Source of the DNA: Octopus vulgaris
Taxonomy: Eukaryota
NCBI GenBank assembly: GCA_951406725.2
Contig: OX597817.1
Span: 171,616,001-171,680,000, forward strand
Direction: 5' to 3'
Length of the DNA stretch: 64,000 bases
A model generated the notes under the pieces. That model was not told the origin of the DNA, ran no database searches, and saw nothing but the letters and a program-made list of their open reading frames with translations. Below are positions 38,960 through 52,611 of the stretch, one piece after another. The stretch's first letter is position 1, and each line of letters begins with the position of its first letter. Made by a program: the position numbers and the translations under genes.

Positions 38960-40300
38960 GTCTAACTCTTTCAAGTTGCTAGCATTGCTGCCAGTAATCT
39001 TGGATGGATACTGTATGAAGCGAATCCTTTCCAGTGATCACAAGAATCCATAATGCTTAAATCCAATTTGTATAACAGGGAGTGGCTACTGTAGGTAGAT
39101 TTTCCTGTAAGAAGCATGTTTGGCTGTCTGAGAGTTGAATACCATCTAGTAACCCTGAAAGCTGTCTGGTGACTTGCATGGTGAACAAGCGTTGTGCACT
39201 GTCTTTATCCAATGATTGCAAAAATCCATAGTGTTTAAATCCAATTTCTATTAATGATTATTTTAGGTAGATTTTCAAGTAAAAAGTTTGTTTGTCTGTT
39301 GGAGCAACAGAAGGGGCTGTAGTCACCCTTAAGAATGTCTGATGATTTGCATGCTGAACAAGATTTGTGCACTGTCAATATCCCATGACCACAAGAATCC
39401 ATAATGTTTAAATCCAATTTCTATAATAATAAGTGACTATTGTAGGTAGATTTTCCTATAAGAAACATGTTTATCTGCCAGAGTGATGAAGAACATGTAG
39501 TCATTTGTAAGGCTGTTTGATGACTTTTGTGGTGAACAAGAGTTCTGCACTCTCAATATCCAATGATTACAAGAATCCATAATGTTTAAATCCAATTTCC
39601 GTAATAATAGGTTACTACTGCAGGTAGATTTTCTTATAAGAAGCATGTTTGTTGGAGCAACAAAGAGCAGGTAGTCACCTTTAAGGTTGTCAGATGACTT
39701 TCACAGTAAATAAGAGTAGAGCATTATCAATATCCAATGATCACAAGAATCCATTATGGTTAAATCCAATTTCTATAATAATAAGTGACTATTGTATGTA
39801 TAGATTCCTATAAGAAGCACGTTTGTCTCTCAGAGCAATGAAGAACATGTAATCACATTTTAGGATGTCTGATGACTTGTGTGGTAAACAAGAGTTGCAT
39901 GCTGTCAATATCTCTCTCTCATCCATGATTATGTTCAGTCCAGGGTAAGACCAAGTCAAGATGACCAGGGATAGAGATGGATGTTGTGGCATAAGTGCAG
40001 GAATGAAATTTGCTTAGTGGGTACAAACCCAGGTCCAGCCCAGGATGTTCAAAGAATTTTCATTGTTCCATAAAAACTTTAGGGAAGGGTGCTTTGTACC
40101 TGCTGCTCCCTCTGTTCTTGAGCCAATGTGCAGTGGATGACCAAGAGGTCTTACTTTTGCCCCATCTTTCTTTCTGCTCTCCACAGTGTGTTGCTGCAGC
40201 CACATTCCCCTCTGTTGAACCATGAAGATTTCCTCCACAGAGTCTGCTGGATCCAGTCTTTACATGCATAGTTGGGCAAGCCCTAACATGCTAATTAACC
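38960..40300 (-). mobile_element. Decayed CR1-group LINE ORF2 segment with internal tandem amplification
   Basis: Frameshifted minus-strand motifs in colinear order: PGLDLGLYP (SPGPDGIxP), SCSxCKSSDILK (TSVPCKxxExI), LSDSQ..KST (LSDxQHGF..GKST), AF-TVS-HPRLL (AFDTVSHPRLL). Confidence 0.6.
39031..39912. repeat. Five diverged tandem units of 173-178 bp
   Basis: Unit anchor cc(a/c)(a/g)tga..(a/g)caa(g/a)aatccat at 39031, 39209, 39382, 39560 and 39734. Confidence 0.9.
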
Positions 40301-41809
40301 TAAAGCTGGGATCTTGATAGGTGTTACTACTCTGACAATAATAGTGATTAAAAGGAGGTTCCACACTCTTCATGACCCTGGAACACCTGACACAGGATCC
40401 CACTACCAGATACAATTTAAATTGATACCCTTGACACAAAGAAGTTTGGAACTAAAAACGGCAACACCATATACTGTAGTTCTATGCTAGCCAGTTACAC
40501 CATATACTTTATGTAATTATAGCTAAGTAGTTTTGACTTTTGGTAGTGAAGCATTATCTCTCAGTGGACATGGTATTTGTATTTTCTGTATCAAACACAG
40601 AAATTCTAATGAAATTTTGGCAGCTGCCATCTACATAGATTTTGAAAGGCTTGCCATATTAATTTCTGCCATAGATGCTAAGATTGAAATTTATAAAAAA
40701 ATACCAGAAAGATGTGTGAATTTGTGAGAAGGTTTTCTCAGGTTCATTAATACCAGGCAAGTGTTATTTGCTCAATGGAAACTGTACAGAAGCCTCTTGT
40801 ATAAATAGTTCTCACATGCACTCTTGCGGATACACATGCGTACGTGCACAAGCACACACACACACACACATGTATGTATATATATATATATATTGGTATA
40901 TGCATGCGGTCTGGTGCTTGTTCTCACTATGATATTTGTGATTCTTGCATTGTAGACAGGGCTTTTTGTTTCATACATACATACATACATACATATATAT
41001 ATCATTATCATTTAACTCCCGTTGTCCATGCTGTGCAGGGGTTGGACGGGTTGATCTGAGGTGGAGCACCAGACTCCAGTCTGGTTTGTCATAGTTTCTA
41101 CAGCTGGATGCCCTTCGTATACATACATGCATGCATGTGTGTGTGTGTGTGTGTGTGTGAAGTAAAATGTAAAATTGCTTGAACCAATGACTGAAAGTGG
41201 GTTGCAGACTAAACTTGCTTTCCACTTTGTGACACTTGGCACAAAAAGGGTTAATATATTGATAAGAAAAAATTATGCCTTTAGATTAAAAAAGAAAAAA
41301 AATCAACTAGAACAATATTTCTTGCTAAAATAACTAACAAAAAGAAAACTGTTTTAAAAAGCTTATTCTAAGTCACTCAATTTTTGTTTAAAGTAAATAT
41401 CTGGTATAAACACATACTAAACATATGGAAAAAAAATGCACTTATGAGTTGAATGGTGGGTGATGGTGGTGGTAATGGAGGAGGTAGTGATTGTGGTGGT
41501 GGTGATTGTAGTGCTGGTGGTGGTTAAAGTGTTCATTATTAATTTGAGAAATATATAAAAAAAAGTTTAAGCTTCTTATATTTTCAAAAATATTATTTGA
41601 AAATATTAACTTTAAAGAAATTTCCTTCTATTGTTAAGGGGAAAAAATTCATTGAAAAACATTTGAAATGAAAAATAAAATAAAATAAAATAAAATAAAA
41701 GACATTATACTGAGATGCTGGAATATAACAAGTAACATGACTATTGATTCTAATGTTGTTGGCTCATAACGAGAACGTGTGCATGTGTGTGTTTATTTAT
41801 GTACGTCTA

Positions 41810-42135
41810 GTGAGGGCGCATGGCTTAGTGGTTAGGGCATTCGGCGCATGATCGTATGGTTGTGAGTTCGATTCCCGGCGACGCGTTGTGTCCTTGAGCA
41901 AGACACTTTATTTCACGTTGCTCCAGTCCACTCAGCTGGCAAAAATGAGTTGTACTTGTATTTCAAAGGGTCAGCCTTGTCACTCTCTGTGTCACGCTGA
42001 TTATCCCCGAGAACTACGTTAAGGGTACACGTGTCTGTGGAATGCTCAGCCATTTGCACGTTAATTTCACGAGCAAGCTGTTCCGTTGATCGTATCAGCT
42101 GGGACCCTCGTCATCGTAACCGGCGGAGTCTTTAA
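41810..42135 (+). mobile_element. CORE-like tRNA-derived SINE (head C), 11-bp TSD
   Basis: A-box tggcttagtgg, B-box agttcgattcc; TSD atgtacgtcta at 41799-41809 and 42136-42146. Confidence 0.9.
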
Positions 42136-42478
42136 ATGTACGTCTATGAGTATACACATTGTGGTTATTCTCATTATGCTTACCTCATGTATTACCCCAC
42201 ATATTAAAGACAAAATCCCTTTCCCTTTAACCAATTTGATTCATCGGTCTGCTGATGAGACACAAAAGGAGGTTAACACATCCAGTAGTATTACTTGCTT
42301 TCTTAAGCTGCCACACTTTAACAATTACCTGTCAACAGTTTCATAGGGTAGAACTGGACATACAACAGCTGCACTCTGAGCTATACTTGAAATGTTCCCT
42401 GACTGAGAATTAATCCCAAGCAGCAAAAAATGTATACACATTAGCCAGCTTCAGAGCATATGTAGTGTAAGATATAAC

Positions 42479-43257
42479 TAATAAATAAATGCACCCTTTT
42501 AAAGCCTAGCCAGGCTCATGGGCCCGGTTTCCTGGTTTCTATGGTATATGTGTTCCCCAGCTGGACGTGATGCCAGTCCATCGCAGCGTTACTCATTTTT
42601 GCCAGCTGAGTGGACTGGAGCAACGTGAAATGAAGTGATTTGCTCAAGAACACAATGCGTCACCTGGTCCAGGTATTGAAACCACAATCTTAAGATCATG
42701 ATGCTGACACCCTAACCACTAAGCCATGCCCCTCCACTAAATAAAGAAATGCACCCTTTTAAAGCCTAGCCAGGCTCATGAGCCCGGTTTCCTGGTTTCT
42801 ATGGCGTATGTGTTCCCCAGCTGAATGGGATGCCAGTCCATCGCAGCGTTACTTGTTTTTGCCAGCTGAGTGGACTGGAGCAACATGAAATGAAGTGTTT
42901 TGCTCAAGAACACAATGCGTCGCCTGGTCCAGGAATCGAAACCACAATCTTACGATCATGGTGCTGACACCCTAACCACTAAGCCATGCCCCTCCACTAA
43001 ATAAAGAAATGCACCCTTTTAAAGCCTAGCCAGGCTCATGAGCCCGGTTTCCTGGTTTCTATGGCGTATGTGTTCCCCAGCTGAATGGGATGCCATTCCA
43101 TCACAGCGTTACTTGTTTTTGCCAGCTGAGTGGACTGGAGCAACATGAAATGAAGTGTTTTGCTCAAGAACACAATGCGTCGCCTGGTCCAGGAATCGAA
43201 ACCACAATCTTAAGATCATGATGTTGACACCCTAACCACTAAGCCACGTGCCTGCAC
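42479..43257 (-). mobile_element. Head-to-tail trimer of a ~260-bp head-C SINE within one TSD pair
   Basis: Units at ~42479, 42739 and 42999; TSD agtgtaaga(t/c)ataac at 42464-42478 and 43258-43272. Confidence 0.9.
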
Positions 43258-43554
43258 AGTGTAAGACATAACATATAATAAATGTGGTGCCTTTTTCATC
43301 AGCAACATCATATATAAACTGCATGTCCATGGTAAAGAACATATTCATAAAAATGTTTCTTTTATTAGAAAACATCTCAGAAATAATTAAAACTATCAAT
43401 CAACGACAGACAAGAGTTGTGTGTGGCTAATTAGTGCATAGAACACTACCAACCTAAATTTGTTCAATGCTTCTCCCATATCCAAAAAGATTGAGAAATT
43501 TGAGTAGTGGCCAAATCTTCAGTTTAGTAAATATTATTAAAAAACTCTAAACAT

Positions 43555-43970
43555 TGCATAGGAGTGGCTGTATGGTAAGTAGCTAGCTTACCAACCACAT
43601 GGTTCTGGGTTCAGTCCCACTGCGTAGCATCTTGGGCAAGTGTCTTCTACTATAGCTTTGTGCTGACCAAAGCCTTGTGAGTGGATTTGGTAGACGGAAA
43701 CTGGAAGAAGCCCATCGTATATATGTATATATATATATGTGTGTTTGTGTGTGTACATGTTTGTGTGTCTGTGTTTGTCTCCCCCAACATTGCTTGACAA
43801 CTGATGGTAGTGTGTTTACATTCCCGTAACTTAGCGGTTCAGCAAAAGAGACCAATAGAATAAGTACTAGGCTTACAAAGAATAAGTCCTGGGGTTGATT
43901 TGCTTGACTAAAGGTGGTGCTCCAACATGGTCACAGTCAAATGACTGAAACAAGTAAAATAGTAAAAAGA
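43555..43970 (+). mobile_element. tRNA-derived SINE family A
   Basis: Family A consensus. Confidence 0.9.
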
Positions 43971-44031
43971 GAAAAGGGTATTGTATTGACTGTTATTGTC
44001 ATCTTTTATTGACAAACTATAAGACTAGAGT

Positions 44032-44068
<37 letters not shown>

Positions 44069-44372
44069 AGTCAATAGACAGACAAACAGATAGATACAAT
44101 AGATATGTAGAATACACTGATTCACCTTGATCTTGTCGGCAGAAAATAAATTTAAGAAAGAATTTTATGAAATTGATTGGAAATACTTAATAGCAGAACA
44201 AAATTCCTTTACAGTGCTTTTATGTTTATTCTGATTAAGAGAAAATATTTTAAAAATATTTATTAAATTGCTACATAAGACACTTATGCCTAAATAATCA
44301 ATAACAATTGAAATAAGCCTTATGTAAATTGTAAATTGTTGAGAAATATTTTTTTATAAATTAATAGTATTG

Positions 44373-44940
44373 TAACCTTTTTGTTGCCATATTTCTGTTT
44401 AAAATACATGGTATTTGTATTTGTCGTAATTAATTTTGAAAATAATGAAGAATTTGGTAAAATAACTTCGTTATGGTGAAGCTGGTCTTTGCAATATAAA
44501 TCAACATAATGTATTATAGAAGGTTTAAATTTAGATAACTTTAACCCTTTTGTTAACATATTTCTGTTGAAAATACCCTGCATTTGTTTTAATTCACTTT
44601 GATCATCTTGACCGACCAGTCCGTAGGGCGTCCATTTGACACCGCTGGTCACAGCACGCTGCCCACTTCTCTCTGGATCACACCTTTGTCATCCACGTGA
44701 TCCCAATCACCCTCCTGAAATCGTAACTCCACCGTCGTGGAGGCCTTCCGAGTGGTCGTTTGTCTTAATTGATTTTGAAAAAATGAAGAATTTAGCAAAA
44801 TAACTCTGTCGTTGTTAAGCTGATGTTTGTAATATAAACCAACAAGTATTGATAGAGTTTTAATTTAGATCACTGTAAAATAGGAAGATTCTATCATAGA
44901 TGTAAAGGTAGCTGCAGGTGGTTTGGTATGAAAGGGATTA
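44373..44940. mobile_element. Two tandem copies of a TTAA-type MITE-like element (44373-44540, 44541-44940)
   Basis: taacc(c/t)ttttgtt..catatttctgtt start repeated; colinear interiors; related to 46115-46557 in inverse orientation. Confidence 0.65.
44595..44758 (-). mobile_element. 5'-truncated RTE-clade LINE 3' end
   Basis: Translates KRPLGRPPRRWSYDFRRVIGITWMTKV*SREKW (RTE C-terminal KRxxGRPxxRW...W...R..W); TSD tttgt(t/c)ttaatt at 44583-44594 and 44759-44770. Confidence 0.85.
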
Positions 44941-45310
44941 AGAAGATAGTTTTCACAGCAAGGACAAGGTGAATACTACACTTAAAGATAACTAGACATA
45001 ACAAGAACTTAATAGATTCAGCTTCAGACGATAGCCTTTAATTAAAGCAGCCATCCTTTTAATGGCTTTTAAGAGCAATTAATTAACATGTTCGTTGAGG
45101 CATCGTGGTTGATTGGCCTTTAATAACAGCTTGGAATGGTTTTATATTATCAATTCCTCCAATGTAATTCTATTCTCATTTAGCAGATGTTGAATAAAGG
45201 AATATAGGAATTTCATAAAGACCCATGCCAAAAGTATGTGTAACCTCTCACCAGCTTCTTTGCTACTATTTATTGTAATTAGAGTTGCTAAGGAAAAAAA
45301 AATTGGACAT

Positions 45311-45745
45311 GGCACAGGTGTGGCTGTTTGGTAAGAAACTTGCTTCCCAATCACATGGTTCTGGGTTCAGTCCCACTACGTGGCACCTTGGGCAAGTGTG
45401 TTCTACTATAACCTCAGGCTGACCAAAACCTTGTGAGTGGATTTGGTAGATGGGAACTGAAAGAGGTCTGTTGCATATATATCTGTGTGTGTGTGTGTGT
45501 CTAAATCTGTGTGTGTCTTTGTGTCTGTGTTTGTTCCCCCCCCCCCCACCACAGTTTAACAACCAATGTCCATGTGTTTACATCTCCATAACTTAGCATT
45601 TCAGCAAAAGAGCTTGATAAAATAAGTACCAAGCTTAAAAAAAGTACAGAGGTTGATTCATTTGACTAAAAACTGTTCAAGGAGGTACCCCAGCATGGCC
45701 ACAGTCTAATGACTGAAACAATTAAAAGAAAAACAGTAAAAGAAA
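45311..45745 (+). mobile_element. SINE family A, older subfamily
   Basis: Diverged family A consensus. Confidence 0.85.
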
Positions 45746-46114
45746 AATGCCATAAGAATTAGAAGTTTCTAGAAGCAGACATTTGCTTTTATTTCAAACA
45801 GCATAAACTATTTCATTTATTCATTACATTTCCTTCATGTGAATATTTGCAGCCTAAAGGTAAAAATGTTGTACTCATGATCATAAGGTCTTGGGCACAA
45901 TTTTAGAACTTGGTGGTGCATTACCCAAGATGCAATGCACTTCATTTTATGTTACTTCAGTTTACTCTGTTAATAAATTTCCAAAACTTGTTGCTGCCAT
46001 TGTTGCTGCAGATGCCAAACCCATTTTCAAAAAACATTATTATTAGAATTGTTGTTTCATTGAATGCTAGGTATTTGGATTTGCTTGTGCCATATTCTTG
46101 GCATTAGCATATGT

Positions 46115-46557
46115 TAACCTTTTGGTGCCAATCTTATTTCTTTATTGCCCACAAGGGGTTAAATATAGAGGGGACAAACAAAGACAGACAAAGGGATTAA
46201 GTCGATTACATCGACTCCAGTGCATAAATAGTACTTAATTTATTGACCCCGAAAGGATGAAAGGCAAAGTCGACCTCGGCAGAATTTGAACTCAGAACGT
46301 AGCGGCAGACAAAATACCACTAAGCACTTCACCTGGCGTGCTGACAGTTCTGCCAATATGACTGATACCATCCCTGGATCTATGATACAATCATTTTGTC
46401 TTAATGTAATCTAATTTAAAACTTCCAGTCAAAATTTCATAAGTTTCAGACATCAGCTTAATAATAACAAATTTTTATTAAATTCTTTTATTATTTTCAA
46501 AATTCATTGAAAGCAAAGCAGTGTATCTCAACAGAAATATGGCAACGAAAGGGTTAA
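46115..46557. mobile_element. piggyBac-like MITE carrying a family E SINE (46134-46355, minus strand)
   Basis: TTAA-ccttttggtgcca ... tggcaacgaaaggg-TTAA; insert homologous to 7832-8059. Confidence 0.7.
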
Positions 46558-46687
46558 AATCCTTTCTCAGCTTCCTTGTAACTGTAGGTGAGCCACATAA
46601 GATGTTCAGATATGAAAGAAACTATTTCAAGTGCAAATAATCAGCTAGCCACTTTCAATATATATATATATATATATATACATGGAT

Positions 46688-46728
<41 letters not shown>

Positions 46729-47674
46729 GATATATATATATATACATGTTACAGATAAAACTGTAGTGAGGAGATTCAGTTTCCTGTTACAGTTAAAAGG
46801 TAGTTCAATAAAACACAGCTGCTGATCTTCCACCAGATTTAAATGTAGAGAGTTGTCCATTATAGAATAGAGGAATCTAATATTCTATAAGTAAAGAATA
46901 GAAGAGAGTTTGCACTGAAGCCAATTGCATTGATTTCACTGTCCAAGATACATATCTATCAAACTATTTCTTCACCAAAACTTTGCTATTCTTTTGTTAT
47001 TTTTTGTGGTATTTACTCCACTAAACTTGAATCTGCCCCAAATATGTTTGAAATAATTCCCTTCACCAATGTTCTACTTTTTCGCTTCTCATAAATAAAT
47101 GCTGCTTCCACCAAGAACTGATTTCTTTCATATTTATTTATTCCCTCAATCGATAACACGAGTCCACCACCATCAAACCTATTAAATTCCTTATCACACT
47201 CACCTCCCAACAACCTTTCTCCACCTTCTCGATGTAAACACAAATATTGTAGACTTAAAAATAAATAAATCATGAATAGATCACACACAAGCAATGCATT
47301 TTCTCTGCACATTAAACCTGTATATCTTCATATATATTATCCAACAAATCAGGATGCATTAGTGAATAGGAAAGGACTGAAAATTTGTACTCTCACTACA
47401 CTTAAGAGTTTGTGGGAAAATAAGCAAAATAATGAAATCTCATCACAGAAAAAAAAGAAAAGAAAGAAAGCACTGAGATTCTACATCAATACTTGTTTTT
47501 TCAATATCAACCCATTCTCAATATGCAAACACTTTATAAAATCGTTTATACAAAACTGATTCAGACAGGAGAGGAGTCTTTAGTCCTACAACAGACAATA
47601 ACTCTAGTGCTAGTGGTGTAAGAAAATGAATTTAGTCTGAAGTGAGACACAGATCTATCTGACCCACATTAGCT

Positions 47675-47893
47675 TTTACCCTTTAGCATTTAATTCAGCC
47701 ATATCTAGTCAAAATATTCTACCAGTTTTATGTTAAAACTGACCAGGTCCAACCTCTCATACCTACCCACAATGTCATTCTAAAAATATACAAACACACC
47801 GTTGAAATCTACAAGATAATGTGTGATCAATTCAAAACAATGTGGTTAAATAAGCAAACATTTGACAAAGAAATCTGAATGCTAAAGGGTTAT
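47675..47893. mobile_element. piggyBac-like MITE
   Basis: 12-bp TIR ccctttagcatt / aatgctaaaggg with TTAA-like flanks. Confidence 0.75.
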
Positions 47894-48307
47894 CCAAACA
47901 CTGTTCAATTACGATGATGAAGACAATAGCAGTCAGGATTAAATTAATGTCTTCCATTATAGGTTGATATTCTTTTAGAAATATTGGTTTCAAATTTTGG
48001 CACAAGGCCAGTAATTTCACGGGAGGTAGGTTAAGTTGATTATATCGATACCATTACTTATTTTATTGACCCCCAAAAAGGATGAAAAATAAAGTTGACC
48101 TCGGTGGAATTTGAACTCAGAACATAAGAACGGATGAAATGTCACCAAGCATTTTGCCTGGCATGCTAATGATTCTACCAGCCGGCCACCTTAAATTCTC
48201 TTAGAAATATTGATAAAATGAAAATAAGAACATTTTAATTTTTACTTCTGAACTCCTGAAGGAAAATACGAGCATAAAACAAAAAAGAAAAGTTTTGTGT
48301 TATAATG

Positions 48308-48372
<65 letters not shown>

Positions 48373-48696
48373 ATTGGCACTCCATTGATTATGACAACAA
48401 GTGTTCCAGCTCATCTTTTCAATGAAACAGCCTGCTTCTGTGTGTGGCTGAGTATCCACACATATTCATACCATCAATGCAGTTCTCAGGGAGATTTAGA
48501 ACTGACACATAATGCCACAAAGCAGTCACTTTGAATTACGGATATGACTCAGTTCTTCCAGTTGAGTTGACTGAAACAAAGTAAAATAAAGTGGCTTGCT
48601 CAAGGACACATTACGCTGCTGGGAATTGAACTCATGAGTTTACAATCGTGATATAAATACCCTAACCATTAAGCCAAGTACCTTCACAGATATATA

Positions 48697-49045
48697 CTCT
48701 TTTACTCTTTTACTTGCTTCAGTCATTTGACTGCAGCCATGCTGGAGCACCACCTTTAGTCGAGCAAATCAACCCTAGGACTTATTCTATTGGTTGTCAA
48801 ACGATGTTGGGGTGACAAACACAAACACACAAACATCTACACACACACACACACATACACACACACATACATACATATATACGACGGGCTTCTTTCAGTT
48901 TCTGTCTTCCAAATCCACTCACAAGGCTTTGGTCGGTCCGAGGCTGTAGTAGAAGACACTTGCCGAAGGTGCCACACAGTGGGACTGAACCTGGAACCAT
49001 GTGGTTCGTAAGTAAGCTACTTACCACACAGCCACTCCTATGCCT
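48697..49045 (-). mobile_element. SINE family A with internal deletion
   Basis: Reverse complement of family A lacking part of the 3' half. Confidence 0.85.
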
Positions 49046-49427
49046 ATATATATATTATATGGAGAAAAGCTTTTATGTGATGTTCTCATGACTTCCACAT
49101 GTGCTTAACACATGAAGTTGACCAATCAAGTTGTACATAAAAGGATAGCATTCTGAGCCACATTCCTACTTTAAAAACAGGCTATTTTTATAGCAATGAC
49201 CAGAAGAGACCTAATTTGCAACATAACTTCATATAGCATACCCTTTAGAAAATCTAGTGTCAATCTGGTAAAGTGTACTTCTTATATTTTAGAATATAAT
49301 TAAATTCTAATTAATTCTAATATATTCTCAGTGCATTTTCAACTTTATGTCTTCTATTCCTCCACTTTGAATTAAAAAAATTAATATATGTATGAATGTA
49401 TGTATGTATACATACATACATGCAAAC

Positions 49428-49516
<89 letters not shown>

Positions 49517-49742
49517 TGATGAAATCCTCCTTGAGTAAAGATTAAGTAAAAAAGGAAAATAAATGAATGCTAGAAAGAGCTAATGGAATAACTTGCAGAG
49601 ACCATTTGGATGTATCTATGATAATTTAGATTTCAGGATTAAAAGCACATTGAATATGGATATACACTTACATACATTAGATATATATATATGTGTGTGT
49701 GTGTGTGTATGTATGTGTGTTAATATACTCATATAATTGTAA

Positions 49743-49773
<31 letters not shown>

Positions 49774-50014
49774 TGCAATTGTAAATAGATATGCACAGAT
49801 ACATATATGAATGCATTGCATTCTTGAGTAAAACATTTCATTTCCCTTTGCTCTGGTCCACTCCAGTCCATGGAACGTTGGACTGCCCATCTAGTCAGTG
49901 GGATGGCATCAAACAAAAATGCAAGGAAGGACATTGTGGTCAGCACTGTATAACAACACTCAGTAGTCTGGTTGATGTAGTGATACAATGAGATCTATAT
50001 ATATATATATATAT

Positions 50015-50903
50015 ATCCAGCCTCACCTGGTCCCCGTGCCGGTGGGACATAAAAAGCACCACCCGACCGTGTCCGTTGCCAGCGCTGCCCTGACTGGCCT
50101 CTGTGCCGGTGGCACGTAAAAAGCACCATCTGATCGTGGCCGTTGTCAGCCTTGCCTGGCCCACATGCCGGTGGCACATAAAAAGCACCATCTGTCCGTG
50201 GCCGTTTGCCAGCCCCGTCTGGCACCTGTGCGGGTGGCACATAAAAAGCACCCACTACACTCACGGAGTGGTTGGTGTTAGGAAGGGCATCCAGCCATAG
50301 AAACACTGCCAGATCAGACTGGAGCCTGGTGCAGCCTTCTGGCTTCCCAGACCCCAGTTGAACCGTCCAACCCATGCTAGCATGGAAAACGGACGCTAAA
50401 TGATGATGATGATGATGATGATATATATATATAGATTAAGAAGTGCTGATCTCTCAAAGGGAAGGGACATGTTGAAGTGCAAGACATAGGAAGAAATGGA
50501 ATGAAGTACTGAAGAATGACTGTAGGAAGTTGAACCTTTGAGGTGAGATAACAAAGGACCAAAATACCTCATGCCTTGCCATACTCAAGAAGACTTGTAC
50601 AACGCAGCAGAAATGTTAAGACTGAGCCTTCTGGTTGGTGTAAAGCACTTGTCGTGGTGTCATGTAAGAGTACCTGTGTGGTGTGATGTCAAGGTGCCTG
50701 TAAGGTACCATGTAAAAGCACCTGTGCAGTGGCATGTAAACACACCCAACACACCTGTAAAGTAGGAAGGGCATCCAACCGTAGAAACCATGTCAAACCA
50801 GACTGCAGACTGGTGCAGCTGCCCAGCTTACCAGCTCTGGGCACAAAGAAAAAAACCCATGCCAGCATGGACAATGGATGTGAGATGATACTGATGATGT
50901 GCG

Positions 50904-50934
<31 letters not shown>

Positions 50935-51167
50935 ATGTATGTATGTATGTGTGTATGTATGTATGTATGTATCTATCTATCTATATATATATAGCACCCA
51001 CTACACTCACGGAGTGGTTGGCGTTAGGAAGGGCATCCAGCCGTAGAAACACTGCCAGATCAGACTGGGCCTGATGCAGCCTTCTGACTTCACAGACCTC
51101 AGTTGAACCGTCCAACCCATGCTAGCATGGAAAGCGGATGCTAAAGGATGATGATGATGATGATGAT
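50015..51167 (+). mobile_element. Cluster of three family D copies (50015-50420, 50630-50900, 50993-51167)
   Basis: Each has aggaagggcatcca.cc.tagaaac and a (GAT)n tail. Confidence 0.85.
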
Positions 51168-51613
51168 ATATATATATATATACACATTAGCACCTACATT
51201 TTCTTTTTGATTTTATGCATATAGCCACCTTCATTATTTCATACATACATATATATATATATATATGTATGTATATGTGTATGTGTGTATATATATATAT
51301 ATGTATATATATACACACACACACACATATATAATTGTGTCTGTGTACGTGATATGTATAGGCATGTATGCGTGAGCACGTACACGATGTGATTTCATTG
51401 GAAGTGATTACTTGATTGCGTAATAGTTCATCATGCCTGGTCAGTCATCATCATAGTGGTTCAATTCCCACTGGGAGTGGTTGTATTTCCTCTTTGAAGT
51501 AGATTTGTTTACATATGTAATGCCCATCAATATCAATTTTCATAAAAGTTTGAACTATTAATATGTTAGCTAACCTAACATGCAATTCAATAAATGCATC
51601 TCTTAATATATAT

Positions 51614-51795
<182 letters not shown>

Positions 51796-52538
51796 CATCA
51801 TCATTTTAATGTTTTAATGTCCACTTTTCCATGCTAGTGTGGGTCAGATGGGATTTATCGAGGCAAGTTTTCTACGGTTGAGTGTCCTTTTCCTCAAATC
51901 TTATTTGTTCAGCTATGGTTTTGCAGAATATTGGAAATGAATGTCATTCATTTATAACTATGACACAACGTCAAGGCAAGGAGACATGAACTCTCACACA
52001 CACACACACACACACTATGAGGTTCTTCCGGTTTCTGTCCACCAATCCATTCAGAAGTCAGGAGGCTTTGGTTACACAAGGGTTATACATGTAAATATAT
52101 AAACATATATATATATATATATGTATACATAATATATATATATATATATGTACTCTTTATCTTTTATTAAACTTTTAATACTTTTGATATTTATAAAAAA
52201 AAATAATAAAAATAAATAAATAAATAAATAAATTAATAAATAAAATAATATATAAATATAAAAATATACATACATATATATATATATATACATTTGTATA
52301 TATATATTTAAAATTTATAAGTTTAAATTATTTAAATAATTTTTTAATTTTTAACTTTTATATTTTAAAATTAATTTTATGTATTGGCTTATGTTTTTCA
52401 CTGTTTGATTTGCCTAATAGTGGTTTTATCTTTAATTTAATATAATATAATATAATATATTTATACTATAAAATTGGATTTAATCCTAAATCTCATTTTT
52501 CCCTGTAAGTTTGGATTTATTCCCTAATATTATTATTA

Positions 52539-52611
<73 letters not shown>

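Noticed and set aside
38946-39053. + strand terminal exon after ttttaactttgcag
   Set aside because: Overlaps decayed minus-strand LINE sequence; short unrecognisable peptide; not excluded but unsupported
39031-39912. Retrozyme or C/D snoRNA array (CTGATGA in several units)
   Set aside because: No GAAA directly after a stem II and no consistent C/D terminal stem; a LINE RT origin explains the sequence better
52080-52470. Extreme AT-only stretch (similar at 22955-23130)
   Set aside because: Looks like low-complexity or low-quality consensus sequence; no structure discernible
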